From assembly GCA_965178125.1 (NCBI GenBank), contig OZ237745.1, positions 496,001-560,000 on the forward strand: DNA of 64,000 nt, written 5' to 3'. A program made the translations under genes and the position numbers. Origin of the DNA: Bilabrum cf. latius. Its lineage: Eukaryota. Positions 48,501 to 61,300 of this stretch are shown in pieces. The notes under the pieces were generated by a model. The model had not been told where the DNA came from. It made no database searches and worked only from the letters and a program-made list of their open reading frames with translations. The stretch's first letter is position 1; each line of letters opens with the position of its first letter.

Positions 48501-49969
48501 TGCGGTCGCAGGTTGCGATCCCCGTCACGCGGGGAAGCCGCAGCGGCACGATGCTCGCCAGCCGCATCTCCCTCGCTCGCTTCACGAGCTTGCCCTGAGA
48601 CACTTCGCGGTTCTGGCGCTCGAGTGCCGTGTGGAAGTACCGCACGGCACGGTCGGAGCCGCCGCCCGCGATCACTTCGCACACGGAAGCGTCGGCTCCG
48701 TCCACTACGGTTGCGACCGAAGTTGGGGTGCGGATGTACCTGGCCAAAGTGGCGGGGGCAGCCGCCCCCTCCCTCGAGCGGAGCAGCCGCGGGGCCGCGT
48801 CCAATTTGTCAAGGAGCCACTGCCGGATCGCGTTGTCCCGGCCCCCGCAGGTGACGTAGCACGACTCGCCAGGGAGGAAGAAAGCAGCCGACACCGCGCC
48901 CTCGTGCACTGCACTGCGAGTCCACAGGAGGCGCTTCTCGGGGAGGTGCCAGAGGGCCACCGAACCCTCGCTGGTGCAGCTAAGAAGGCACGGCTCCCGC
49001 AGCTTGTCGCTGCAGAAGCTCAGCGCAGTCACGGCCTCCACGCCAGTGCCAGCCGTTGCAGCGCCGCGCATCCGCTGGCCAATGCCCCTGCCTTTGCCGC
49101 TGCCCCCGGACCCGGACGCCTGGTTTCCCTCGTGCCTGAAGGTTACAACCGTCCTGTCCTTGCGAATGTTGTGAATGATCACGCGGCCATCCGCCATGCC
49201 AAACCCAATCGTGTCCAGTGCAGGACTCTGCACCGCGCACACGATTCCAGCCGAAGGGATACTGCCAGAATCGCCTGCGGCAGATTCGTCAGATGCACCA
49301 GAAGCTCCGAGCGGCTGGCTGCGGTAGAGCACCTTGGCCTAGTCCGTGTTGACGATGAGGAACCGGCCGTCCGAGCAGCCCACCATGAGCTTGTCGACGT
49401 ACGTATCCGGGTGCACGACGGTGGTCGCGCAAGTACCAGGGGAGAGATCGAGAGGTATCCTTCTGATTTCGCACGCCTCCACGTCCTCGCCAGCGAGCAA
49501 GCGGTGAACGCTGTAGCAGATCAAAACCCCTGCCGCGTGGACAGCTACGAGAAAGTCACCTACGATAGTCAAACACCCGAAGGCCCCAAGATCAGCCCGG
49601 TTAATGCTTCGCTTCAGTTGCAGCCGTTGCATGATTGACAAAGAACCCCCGCATGAAGCAAAAATTGCGTCTCGCCTACAAGCGATCGAACTGCGAAGAA
49701 ACGAGGTGTGCAAGCGTGAGCAGGCTTCGCAATGATACTGATGGCATGAGACACAACTACAACATTGAATCGAGCAGGCAGCCTTACTCTATTGTGCTTG
49801 GAAAGCTCGGAGTAGCAAGTCGGAGAGCTAAATGGTCCGTGCGATACATGTGGACAGATCTACCAACAGGAGCGGCAACAAAGCTTGCCTTCCCCATCTG
49901 GTGAAGAACTGGAGCTGTTTCATCACACACCTACCCCACTGCTTTGTACGATAGAAACAAACGCGACAT
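45550..49969 (-). CDS. WDR36: WDR36/Utp21, SSU processome WD40 protein; 2 exons; 3 in-frame TAG
   Basis: N-terminus MSRLFLSYKAVG*VCD...VGRSVHMY, intron 49787-49691, HPDTYVDKLMVG, VQSPALDTIGFG, RRFEGHTGRITDVCFSPDGRWL, and Utp21-like LDLIAARNRP...APFLL. TAG at 49931, 49339 and 45655. Ends with TGA. Confidence 0.92.
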
Positions 49970-50425
49970 ATTGATTAATTGACCTATTTCGGAGCACACT
50001 GTGCAGACGAAAGTTCTGCAAGAGTTCGTTGCAGTGGGGTCACCACTGGGGTGGGGGTCGCCGCGGTCACGGCCGTCACGGCACCATCAGGCCCACACCT
50101 TCGTACGCAATCATGCTAACTGATACGGGTCAGCTGCAATCAATAGCTGGATTGGACCGATGCGCGAGGAGCGGTTCCAACCTGGGGGTTTGTGTTTCAC
50201 GGAGCCCTGCCCCAGAAGTTGGCATGACGAAGCACCACGCGCCACGAGTAATTCGCCATTTCGATCACTACACTGCGATAAGTTTCCCACGGCTTTCACA
50301 CTTTGCTGCTCTCATCGTTGCTTGGGGCAAAACTTTTCGCCGGTTTTTGAAAGTAGCGCGCATTTCGTGAAATACCAGACAAGTGTGATGATGCGCCTGC
50401 GGATACACAAACAAAACGCTGAAAC

Positions 50426-51289
50426 ATGGCGGCAGCTGCAGAGTCGAAGACGGTTGCGATCCTTGTGACTAACCACGGTGATATGGGCGACACTGGCAAG
50501 AAGACTGGGTACTACTTGCCGGAGGTGAGCAAGAATGAATCTACATTTTCCGCAGCTTGGTGACGTGGACCCGTGTACGCAAGATTTCGCTTTAAATTCG
50601 ACTGAATCGCAGGTTGCGCACCCGTACAAGGAATTTACCGAAGCGGGATTCAAGGTTGAGTGAGAAATGCAGTGCTCATTCTTTGCAACAGCAATGGATC
50701 TTGCCATGCATGCTCGCCCCCCACGAACACTGGAATGTATCGCAGGTTCGTTTCGCCTTCCGGGGGAGCATGCCCATGTGATCCCAGCAGCATTGAGGCA
50801 ACTAAGGAAGATGGGAGCTGCACCTCTTTCCATGCGGACAAGGACATCTCGGCCGCTCTTGAGAGCACCAAGAAGTTCGCGGATGTCGACGTGACGAAGT
50901 ACGCAGGCGTGCTTCAGGCCGGTGGCCACGGCACCTGCTGGGACTTCCCCAACGAGGACGTGGCAGCACAGACGGGCAAGGCCTGGGAGGCCGGCCTGGT
51001 TGTGGGCTCCGTGTGCCACGGTCCCGTCGGCCTCGCGAATGTCAAGGTCGGGGGAGAGCCCCTCGTAAAGGGCAAGAAGGTGTGCTGCTTTACCAACAAG
51101 GAGGAGGAAGCCATGGGCTTGACCAAGGTGGTGCCCTTCCTGCCCGAGACCAGGCTGACGGAGCTCGGTGCGGTGTTCGTGGGAGCGGAGAACTGGGCCT
51201 GCAACTGCCAGGTGGATGGCAAGCTGGTGACCGGGCAGAACCCCGCCTCCGCCGGCGCTGTCGCCAAGGAGATGATCAAGCTGATGTGA
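50426..51289 (+). CDS. DJ-1/PfpI family protein, Hsp31/glyoxalase III-like; 3 exons
   Basis: TGYYLPEVAHPY, GGHG, SVCHGP (nucleophile Cys) and LVTGQNPASA. Introns 50525-50612 and 50660-50745. No TAG. Ends with TGA. Confidence 0.93.
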
Positions 51290-51930
51290 GCATGATGTCC
51301 CGGGCCACCCTTTGGGACTGGCGTAGCACAAGGCCAGCTGGCATGCGCATGGCGGACATTGGGGTTGCCAGTGATAAACGCGAGAGCGAGTGCTGCTGAT
51401 AGGAAAGACTTGAGCCTGGACTTGATACCTTGGAAGTGAATCAGGTGCATCTTCCAAGCCAATGCATCCAACGGAATAAAGTCGAGCTCACCACCGCCAC
51501 AGAGTCGTTTGGTCTCTTGTTGCAGACTGCGAGATACTATCAGTTGCAAAATGTACCGGTGTCGACCCCGTGGACTGCAGTGGCCTCGATCCCGCGCCAG
51601 AAGTCGGGACACTTGTACATATACGAAGCAAAAGCTGCTGGCAAGGCCCCTGCGAGCGATGCTCTGCCGAGCATAGCCGCCGGGGCCCTGCCAGCGTGCT
51701 GCGACTTGCCACGCTGGAGCACTTGCTCCATGCGTGGAAGTGTGCGACACGCTGGGCATGCTTCGCTGCGACGAGTCCGATCCAACGGCCGTTGGAATCA
51801 TCTTGACTCAGCTGATGTGTCGACCTGATTCGAGCATGCGACCTCAGCGAGTTTTACCACGCTTGCTGAGGCCACGCTCCAATAAGCAAATCAGACCAGC
51901 TTTGTCGCACTGCACGATGGATGTGCTCGG

Positions 51931-53980
51931 TCAATGTTCGTCCAGGTACGGGCCCCAGAACCCGCCGTACTTGCCGAGCGCCAGAGGACACGCGATGTCC
52001 TCGTTTCCATCTCCCCTGTCAGGGTTGTACACGGTCAGATCGGCAGCCGTCACGAGCAGCTGAAGGTCCTTCAGGTCCTATGGCCTCTGCTCCGCCAGGT
52101 TGACGTGCTCCCCTGGATCCGCCCTCAGGTCGTACAGACATCCTCCCAGTCCGCAGTTCGACCGGCTCTTGGTTGGATCCACGACGGTGCTGGCGTTGGG
52201 ATAGACCGGTCCCTGGTACACGTCCATCCGGGACTCCTGGGTGATGATCTTGAGCAGCGAACCTTCCTCATAGTTCGCTACGATGGCCGCCTGCACGATG
52301 GCCTTGCCCTGGAACAGGCCCTGCAGGTCCCCCGCGAAGAACTCCGTCCTGGGCGAGTGCTCCTGCTGCCCGGAAATGTACGGCCAGAGGTCTAGGGAAT
52401 CGATCTTGGGCAGCCCAGCGGCTTCCGCGCGCTGATCCTCACACGACAGCCCTGCCAGGGAACAGGCGGTCATATACCAGTCGAAGGAAGAGACCAAGTC
52501 GTCCAGGACGGCGCCCCGCTTGGAGGCAGGGACCAGACCACCGGCTGCCCACGAGTTCACCCGGATACCCCCTTCAAAGTTGGAGACCTTCCCCCCACGG
52601 AGGGGGTAGTTGCTCGCCCCCGCGTAGGCCACTGTGCCGTCGGGGAACGTGTGCGGCAGGTCGCCCATGATGGAGTCGTAGATGGGCCCACCGTTGTCGC
52701 TGCTGCCCAGCCACAGGAGGTCGTCCCACATGCCCTTGGCTTTAAGCAGAGCGGTGATGTTCCCCACTATCTCGTCTTGGTAGTTCACCATCGCGATGTA
52801 CCGCCTCCTGCTCTCGTCCTCGATGTGTTCGAACTTGTTGTAGAACCGCTCTGGCACCATGAGCGGCTCGTGCGCGATGTGAGGGGCGTAGTAGAGGAAG
52901 AAAGGCGTGTCCGGGTCGTGCTCCTCGATGGTCCGGTACACAAAATCGGCAAACAGCTCATCCTCGTACTTGCAATCGGGGCGGTTCGGCGGGTATGACG
53001 TCTCGGTCAGGTTGAACACGCAGTCCCTGGGGTTCGCCAGGCTCCTGGCTGGCCCCTCCGGGATTCCCCTGGCGTCGTCGTGCGTCCAGAAATCCTGCAC
53101 GTACGTCACGTTTAGGCCCTCCCGGCAGAATCCTGAGTACAAGCTGTAGTAATCATTGGCGGCATCAAAGTAGATCAGGCTGGAATCGAACCCACGCCCT
53201 TTGGGGGTCTGGCGCGAGGAGCACATCCCCACGTTCCACTTGCCGACTGCATGCGTCGAGTAGCCGGCGGTCTTGAGCTGCTCGGCGATCGTCGTCATGT
53301 TGCGCGGGATTCCGCCGCACACCTGCCCGCTTGGTGGGCCCGAAGTCAGCGGGGAGTTCACGATGTTCACGTGGATCGGCAGTCGACCGGAGAGGACGCC
53401 ACTGCGGGTCGGTGAGCAGAACTGATGCACCTGCGCAACGCGGTGTGAGGTAGGAGCATCGAGAGAAGCTCTGTGTTGGGCGCGTACAACTGATCATCGA
53501 GCTTACGGCACGCTGCGTGGTGCGCGAGAGGCTTGCGGACATTTCCCGGAGGTATCTCCGATATGACCCAAGTCCAATTACCTTCACTGCAGGTTTCCCG
53601 GCGGAAACTCCCTGGCATACTCACATAGTTTTGGCCAAATTCAGCGCCCTCGCGAAACAGCGAGTCGAAGTTTGGCGTCTCAACTCCCATTGCTGGATCG
53701 GAACTATGCACCCCTAAATCTCCGTGGCCCCAATCATCGACCAGGTTGAATATCTGTGTAAACCTTTGACCTATTCAAATGCATCAATGTAGTTATTAGT
53801 ACGGGATGCGACGACGACGAGGCATCTTAACGTAAAGTATCGCAATTCTTGTTGGAAACAATGACGCGCCGCAAAACAAGGAAGATCAGAACCGTTGTCT
53901 CTCACGATGTGCGGGTGGGACGGCTTGGCTGATGCGCGCGTCAGCATGAAAGTTGAAATGGCCAACAGTTGACTCTTCAT
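51931..53980 (-). CDS. Secreted arylsulfatase (ARSB-like); 3 exons; 1 in-frame TAG
   Basis: Signal peptide, PHIIFNLVDDWG, formylglycine motif CSPTRSGVLSGR, VGKW, SDNGG and NYPLRGGK. Introns 53905-53754 and 53624-53431. TAG at 52078 precedes the family-typical C-terminal GGFWGPY. Ends with TGA. Confidence 0.92.
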
Positions 53981-54243
53981 CTATACTAACTTTGCTCCTG
54001 TAAACGCAGGTTGGTACAGTTGCAGTTGTGGCTCCACGATTGATTGGCACGGACGGTTCCGCGAATGTTCGGTGAAACCGGGGATCAAGCAAGAAACGTC
54101 TGCCTTTACAGCGGTGCACGCCGCCGCCCTCAAAAGTTCAGCATGTGTACCTCGCGTAATCGACAACCCCCGACGGCCAGCCAATGCACGCCTCGACGCG
54201 CCACTGCCATCGGCTGCCTAGTCTACCACTCTTCGCACATTCC

Positions 54244-55659
54244 TCATGCAGTCAAGTCCTCGGCAGCCTCCACGTCGCCGTCCTCCTGCGCGGCCTCGCC
54301 AGCACCCGCACCGGCTCCGTCCTCGCCATCCTGTTGCGCAGACGAGCCCTCGGGAGCCGCATCACCCTCACCCTCACCCTCGGCAGGGGCAGGGGCAGCG
54401 CCCTCGCCCTCGTTATCGCCGCCCTCCATGCCGACCGACGCACCACCCTGCGCTGCACCCTCAGCGCCAGCATCGCCAGCAGCCGGAGGGGCCTGCTCCG
54501 CGGGGGCGGGCACCGGGTCATCATACCGGGTCACCTGCACCCGGGTCTTCTCCCCGCGCTCGTCGGTCCTCACGGGGATGGCCACGGCCTCCCCTCCGTG
54601 CAGCGAGCCCACGGCAGCCTCCGCGGTGGCAGGATCCGCGAACTCAACCCAGGCAGTGCGCCCCGGCTCAGCCTCCAGGTCCAGCTGGACGATGGGGCCC
54701 GCCTTATCGGCGAAGAGCCGGACGTCGTACCGAGAGATTGAGGCGGGTAGGTCCGAGATCCGGACGGTCGCATCCTTGTTCCCTGGAGTGGGGGCCACGT
54801 AGGGGATGCGGACGGGCTCGCGCGGCGCTGGTGGCTCCCGCCTCGGCCTGTCGTCCCTGCGCGGGGGCGGACCCCTGCGGTCGTCGTAGCCCCCACCTGG
54901 GGGTCCGCGCCGGTCGTCGTATCCCCCCGGGGGACCCCTGCGGTCGTCGTAGCCCCCACCTGGGGGTCCGCGCCGGTCGTCGTAGCCTCCAGGAGGACCC
55001 CTGCGGTCATCATAGCCCCCGCGAGGGCCAGGGGGGGGTCCCCCATACCCACCCCCTGCGCCACCTGGGGGTCCGCGAGGCGGACCGCCACCGTCGCCTC
55101 GGCCGAATCGGGCCCACTGGCAGCGAAGCCTGCGCCCCATGAAGTCGACACCGTCCGTCTGTCTCAAGGCGTCCTCTGCGTCGCGCTCGGAGAAAAACCT
55201 CACAAACGCGTACCCGGCGCGGCCACCGTGCCTCGAGTTGGGCGTGAAGATGTCGCCGATCCTCCCATACCTCGAGAACATGTCCCTCAGATCTCGGTCT
55301 TCCGATGAGAAAGGGATGTTGTCTACCTTCAAAGAAAACCTGCGGTAACGAAGTACACTTATTGGGGGTGGGAACCAAGTGAGCAAGCGAGTGCTCAGGG
55401 TACGCATCACACAGCGTGCATGGAATCACGGATTGGATACTTTGGGCTAAGCGTTGGGAGCTGCATGAACGCAAATTATTACAAATAGATCCAGTCTAAA
55501 CGACCGGAACACAATTGTGGGGATTGGTTGATTCGCAACACAGGTATGCGCAATTGGGAGGGTTGACCGGCTACAGGAAGCTCACATGTTGGAGATGTCT
55601 GGGGGTCCCTTTCGCTCCCTATCCGGGCCTGGGCCCCTGTCATCGTGTCCATACGACAT
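54244..55659 (-). CDS. SC35/SRSF2-like RRM protein with GGYDDRRGPP repeats and a second RRM-like region; 2 exons
   Basis: Exon 1 MSYGHDD...PPDISNM, intron 55585-55340, then FSLKVDNIPF...FSRYGRIGDIF...GYAFVRF. No TAG. Ends with TGA. Confidence 0.85.
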
Positions 55660-55831
55660 ATTCAACCTTAACTGACTTGAAGGAACCAGTCAGACGGGCA
55701 GAATTCGTGAGGCGAGCGCAGCGCGCCACCCAACGAAGCGCACTCGTCACTCCATCCTCGTTGCGGATCTCAGATCGCCGGCGGTTGCACACGGTCACAT
55801 CGGAATAGTCACTAGGCTTAGTTCGAACATT

Positions 55832-57985
55832 TCAATCCAACTCCTCCCGTCGACCGAGGTCGGCATCGTAGCCCCCATCCACATCCACGGCAACCCGCTG
55901 GCCAATCCCGTCCAAGTCATCCTCATCGTCCCCCGCAACACCACCCCCAGCTCCCCCCATAGCAGCACCATCCGCCCCCATCACATCTTCTGGTGCAGGC
56001 ACCTCGTAGTACGGCACGGGGAGATCTCTCTGCAGCCAAGGATGTTTGAGAGCCTCCGCAGCCGTGGGTCTCTTCAGGGGGTCCACCTGCAGCAGGGCAC
56101 GCACGAACGACAAAAAGTCCTCGTCGTCTGTCTGCAGCTGGTGCTCAAGGGACGCCTCTTGCGCGTGCAGGATGGCCACCACGTCCTCGTCCTCGTGATC
56201 CTCCGCCGGCAGACGCTCGTACACCTGCCCATCCGCCGTGAAGAAGTCGTGCGTGTTCCTGCCCTGCCGCAGCATGTGCCTGGGCATGGGCCCCAGCAGG
56301 GCCTGCATCCTAGCCAGGATCGTGGGCATGGCATCGTTCACGAACAGCACCCTACCCGTCAGCATCTCGCAAAGAATGCACCCTAGGCTCCACACGTCGA
56401 TCTTTGGACCGTAGGGGAGCCCCAGCACGACCTCCGGAGCCCGGTAGCTCCGTGACTAGATGTACGTCGTAAGGTGGTCCGTGATGAAGCAGCTGCTGCC
56501 AAAATCGATCACCTTGACATTGCACTTCGAGTAGGACGCGATCAGGATGTTCTCAGGCTTGAGATCCGAGTGCAAGATGCCCAGGCTGTGGATGAACGCG
56601 AGTGCCTGAAGGCACTGCTTGGCAACCCGCTGGATCCTAGGCATGGTGAAGTAGTTGGGCTGCCGGAGCGTCCTGAGGTACTTCTGGAACTCGTACAGGT
56701 TGTCTTTGAGGAGCTCCGTGACCAGGAACAGGTGCTCCTTGTAGTAGAAAAAGTCGTGCAGCCTGAGCAGCCGCTGGTCGGCGGTTGCGGCGATGTAGCG
56801 GGGCACGGGAGGCAGCCCCGGGATGGACCCCTGGCCCATCTGGCTCTCGAGCCTGGCCGCTTCCATCCTCGCGTTGATGTAGTTGAGGAGCTTCACCTCG
56901 TCTATGCTCTGGTCCACGTACTCTTTGTTGTTCTTCACCACCTTGAGGCACACCTGGCGGCCCGTCGCGAGATCGTCGCACCCCAAAGCGCTGCTGAAGG
57001 CCGCGCTGCCGAGCGTGTCCTTGACGACGTACCTCCCGGCGATCACCTGCCCCGGCAGAGCCGAGAAATCCTTCTCGTCCTCGAACCCAGTGCGACCCGC
57101 CTCGTACACGACCTTGAGTGCCATGGCGGCGAACTTGCACGGAGCACCCGACTCGCTCACGTCTGCTCGCGTGGGCCACAGCTGCCTCCACCTCGCCGCG
57201 CTGGCCTCCATGCCGCCGACCGCGGCCTCGGCAGCCGCCCTGGCCTCCAGGATGGAGGGGTCTGACCCCAACAGGGGGTCGCCCAGCTCGTCCAACCCGT
57301 CCAGGGGCGGCAGATCCCCGGCCCCCGCGCCTTGCTCCGCCGCCAAGGAACGTTCCCTTTCGAACCTCAGGGCGAGGAGCTGCTCCTTGTGCGACTGCAG
57401 CTCGGCCGCCCTCGCTTCCCTCTCCTGGAACTATTCGGGGGACAGGTCCTCCGCATCTACCTGCACGATGAACTCCTCGTCCTCCTCATCGTCGTCGTCC
57501 TCCAGCTTGGGCCGGCGGGGGCTCTCCGTGTCGCTGCCCACGTCGTCCGCCGCGTGCTCCTCGGCTGCCGCCGACGCTTCGACGGGAGGTAGCGGCGGCG
57601 CGGCCCTCGAAGGGAGCTGCGCGGCCGCTGTTTCTACTTCAGCATTCAAGTGACTATCTACCGTAAGAAGCGATTCGGCGGGCAGGGCTCTTCGCACGAT
57701 GGACCAGCTCTGCGAGTCCAGCCCATGCCCAGTTCCGCGAAGCGAGCTGCTCTGCGACAGCAGCCTGGCCAGCGCGCTGCAAAGCTCCGCGTACCCGACT
57801 TCATCCTGCTGCTTACTTTCGACGGCGATGCCTCGAGTGGGCAGCGATATTCCAGCCGCCTTGTCCACGCGAGATACGGCAGACCGAACCTCAGACAAAC
57901 TCTCGTTGAGCGCCCGCAAGGATTCCATCACCTTTCGGGACACGCTCGATGTGGCATCAGACGCACTTGCTCCTGATGATGCCAT
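55832..57985 (-). CDS. DYRK-family kinase (DYRKP/Ppk15-like); 2 in-frame TAG
   Basis: RTGFEDEKDF, LGSAAFSSA, HSDLKPENIL, KVIDFGSSCF, TYI*SRSYRAPEVVLGLPY and IDVWSLGCIL. TAG at 57431 and 56456. Ends with TGA. Confidence 0.92.
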
Positions 57986-58345
57986 ATTGAATGCGATGCA
58001 GCTGTTGAGCTGCAGAAATGCAAGTTGCTGCACTGGCAAGAAGTTCCGTACAGCTTGAAACCGTCAGCCAGAGACTTCCGACAGAGTCAAGTACGCGATG
58101 CCCCAAGCAGGCGGTCTGCACTTAATGGGTCGTATTAGCCAAAGGGGTGCGCTCAATCAATCTTGGCACTAGATCCACCGTTTCAGCAAGTATCTCAGAC
58201 AACGTTTTTGTGTTGCGGAACCACATCTTGTATTGCGCGGCGCCTATAGTACCGCCGGGGGCAACGGATGCAAAAATGAACGTTATCCATCGAGCAATCT
58301 TACTTCTATTCGATGAGGGTATACCCAACTGAGCCCAGTCAGGCG

Positions 58346-61300
58346 TCACGACTCAAACACGGCAGCCTCCACCGCTCGGAGCACAGCGTGCAGCTCACCG
58401 CCGCGCGACAGACTGGAGGCAAACGCCTTAGAAGCCGCCGCCCCTCGGTCCGTCCCAATGCACCACTCCACGCTGTCTACTGCAGACCCTGCCGAAGCCA
58501 GGCCGCAGCGATGCTCGCACAAGGCGGCGGCGTTCAGGAACATGCGGAACTTGGAGCGCGGCGCCCTTCGCGAGCACTCCAGGCACACGAGCGGAACATC
58601 GTCCGCAGGGACTGCCGTCGCGGCGCCGGACGACCCAGCACTTCCGGTCTTGTCGGCTGGCGCGCTCGCCCCAAGCGACAGCTCGAAGCACTTGCCCGCT
58701 CGCCGTACCTCCATCTCCAGGCGGTCGGCGGAGCGGAACATCTTGCCGGCGCCGCGCAATCCCAGGAGCACCTGCCCCAGCGAGCGGCACCCCTTCATCC
58801 TGGAGCTGGCCTTGCCGGCCAAGCACGCGCGCAGCACCTGCCCGAACTGGGCAGGGCCACCAGAAGACATGGACGACGATGAGGACGAGGCACCGCCGCC
58901 GCCCGACCGCCCCGCTGCCCTGTACTCCACCCCTTCGCACGACACGGGGGCCTTGCCAGCGCCCGCGCCGGCCCCCGCCCGGGTCGTGAACCGGCACTCG
59001 AACGTGCCGCACGCTGCGCCAGCGCCCGCCGTGCACTTCGCCACCCACGCGCCCACCGCCGCCCCGGGCTGCTGCGACAGCCCCCAGGGCTGCAGGGACA
59101 CGAGGGCGGCGTGCCTGCATGACAGGTCCCGCGCCGCGCGAACGTCGTGTTCCGCAGGAGGCGCCGCTGGATCGGCTCCCACGGGGAGGGGCGCGTCGGC
59201 ACCCTTGGCGCGGTCCAGTCTCTCCTCTTGTTCCCTGGCCCTGGCCTCCGCCGCCGACAGCCTCCTGCCAGACTCGCGCTCCTGGGAGGCCGCCCGCTGT
59301 TCGGTTGCAACCGCCTCTTGCTCCCTGGTCTGGGCCGCTGCGCGCTCCTATGCGAGGGCTCGCATGGCATCCCTGGCCCTGGCTTGTTCCCTCCGCCGCC
59401 CGGCCTGTTCCCTCAGCCCCTGCAGCTCCCTCATGGCTGCCTCGAGCTCCGTGCTGACCGAGGCCTCCCTTTGCCTCGCCAGCTCCACCTGCCTCCGGGC
59501 CTGGGCCACGTTCTTGACGAGCACCTGCGAGAGACCCAGGGACAGCTGCCTCCTCCAGCCCAAAAAGGAGCCCAGCTTGGAGAGCCTGGTCACCTCGTCC
59601 AGCTGTGCCAGCTGCTGCAGCACCCGGCGGTGGGCCACTGCCACGGGCCGCCCCGCGGCGATCGAAGCGCTGGCAGCGGTCGCGGCGCGCTCCACAGCCG
59701 CCAGCGCTGGCAGCTGCCCTGCCTCGCTGGCGGCCCGGAGCGTCTCTGCCGCGGCTTGCGCCTTGCCGCTGGCACGCTGCACCTGCGCCCCCAGCTGGGT
59801 TGTTCCCCAGTCCACCGACGACACCTCGGGCCCCACTCCGAGCTCCAGCACAAAACGGCGGAAGGGGTCCACGGAGGCCCCGGAGCTGCCGGTACCGCTG
59901 CTGGCGCCCTTCTCCTCCCCCAGCATGGCGGGCTGCGGGAGGCCGCTGTCACCCGCAGTGGCACCTCCTGCTCCGGTCCCTGTCCCGTGCATGTCGGCCA
60001 GCCTCAGCAGGAGGGCGCCAGAGGACGCGGCCGCCCGCTGCCTGGCCTCCTCGGCGGCCTGCTCGGCTGTCGCATGCGGCTTGCAGCCGGCGGCGGATCG
60101 CGCCACGGCCAAAAGGGCCGACAGTTTTCCCACGCTCCAGGGCTGGTCCTCCTCCTATGAGCTCGTCGACGAGGCACTAGCGCCAGTGCCAGTGCCGGTG
60201 CCAGCGGTGTCGGAATCAGAAGCGCTCGATGCCGCCGCATGCTCCTCTTTAGTGGCAGGCGCCAGACTACCCTCCTTGGCCGCTGATGCTGCCTGCTTGT
60301 CGGCTTGGGGCGTGAAGGCGGCCTTCGGGACGGGCGTCCTCGAGAGTGCCCTGGGCGAGAGCATGGTCGTGGCGCCCTGGTCTGAGGGAGTGCCCGGGGC
60401 AGGGCTCGAGGCGATGCCTAGGCCTCCTCCTGCGCTTGGGGCCGGGGACTTGCCGTGCGCGGCCCGCTGCTTGAGCCTCTTGAGGGCAGAGCTGAGGGCG
60501 GCACCCTGCCTGGCGCTGCTCTCTGCCCGCTTGGTTTGCTCCTGCTCATCCCGATGCGCGGTTGTCGCCTCGGTGCGCGCCTTCTTGACGGAAGGCGGCG
60601 TGGCTGCAGGACCTGCCGCTTCCTCGTTCTCCTCACGCTCATTGCTCGCCTGCTCCTCCTCCCGCGCCCTCTTCTGCCCGAGGGAGGTCTCCTCCTTCCC
60701 CTGCAACTCGGCAGGCTTGAATGCAGAGGACTCTCCCAGGGCGAACCGCTTGCCACCACCGGTTCCTGGCGAGGGCCTGCCCCTGGTCACGGACCGGCTC
60801 GACCGGCGGGACCTGGCAGATCCCGTCGACTTGCGGCTCTTGGGGGTAACGCCGCACTCCCTCAGCAATGCCTCCTCCTCGTCCATGGCCTCTTCCTCCT
60901 CCTCATCGATGTTGTCCTCTTCTTCTTCTTCATCGTCTTGCGCTACGGCAGCGCGGGCCATGGCTGCTGCTGCCGCCGCCTCCCGCAGATCACCCGTCAG
61001 CTCCATCGTGTCCCCGGAACCGGAACCGGCGCCGGCCTGCCCAGTCTCACCTCCCCGGGGCATCTCATCCTCATCGTGGCCCAAGTCGTCTCCGGCCTCC
61101 TAGCCCAGCAGATCGTCCAGAGAGCCGAGAGACTCCCTCACCGAGTGCACCGCGTCTCCGGCCAGCAGGCTGGGCCTCCCCTCAATGCCGTCCTGGTCCA
61201 GCCCGGGGATCTCCTCCTCGTCCTCCACATCGTCCTCGTCCTCGTCCTCGTCGTCATCCATCATAGCAGACCCGCTGACCCCGCCCTCCTCGTCGCCCTC

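Noticed and set aside
51300-51930. Short ORFs between DJ-1 and the sulfatase, and at 58122-58349
   Set aside because: No motifs; probably UTR or intergenic sequence.
24039-53980. Fucosidase plus sulfatase as a sulfated-fucan utilisation cluster
   Set aside because: They are about 26 kb apart and separated by unrelated housekeeping genes.
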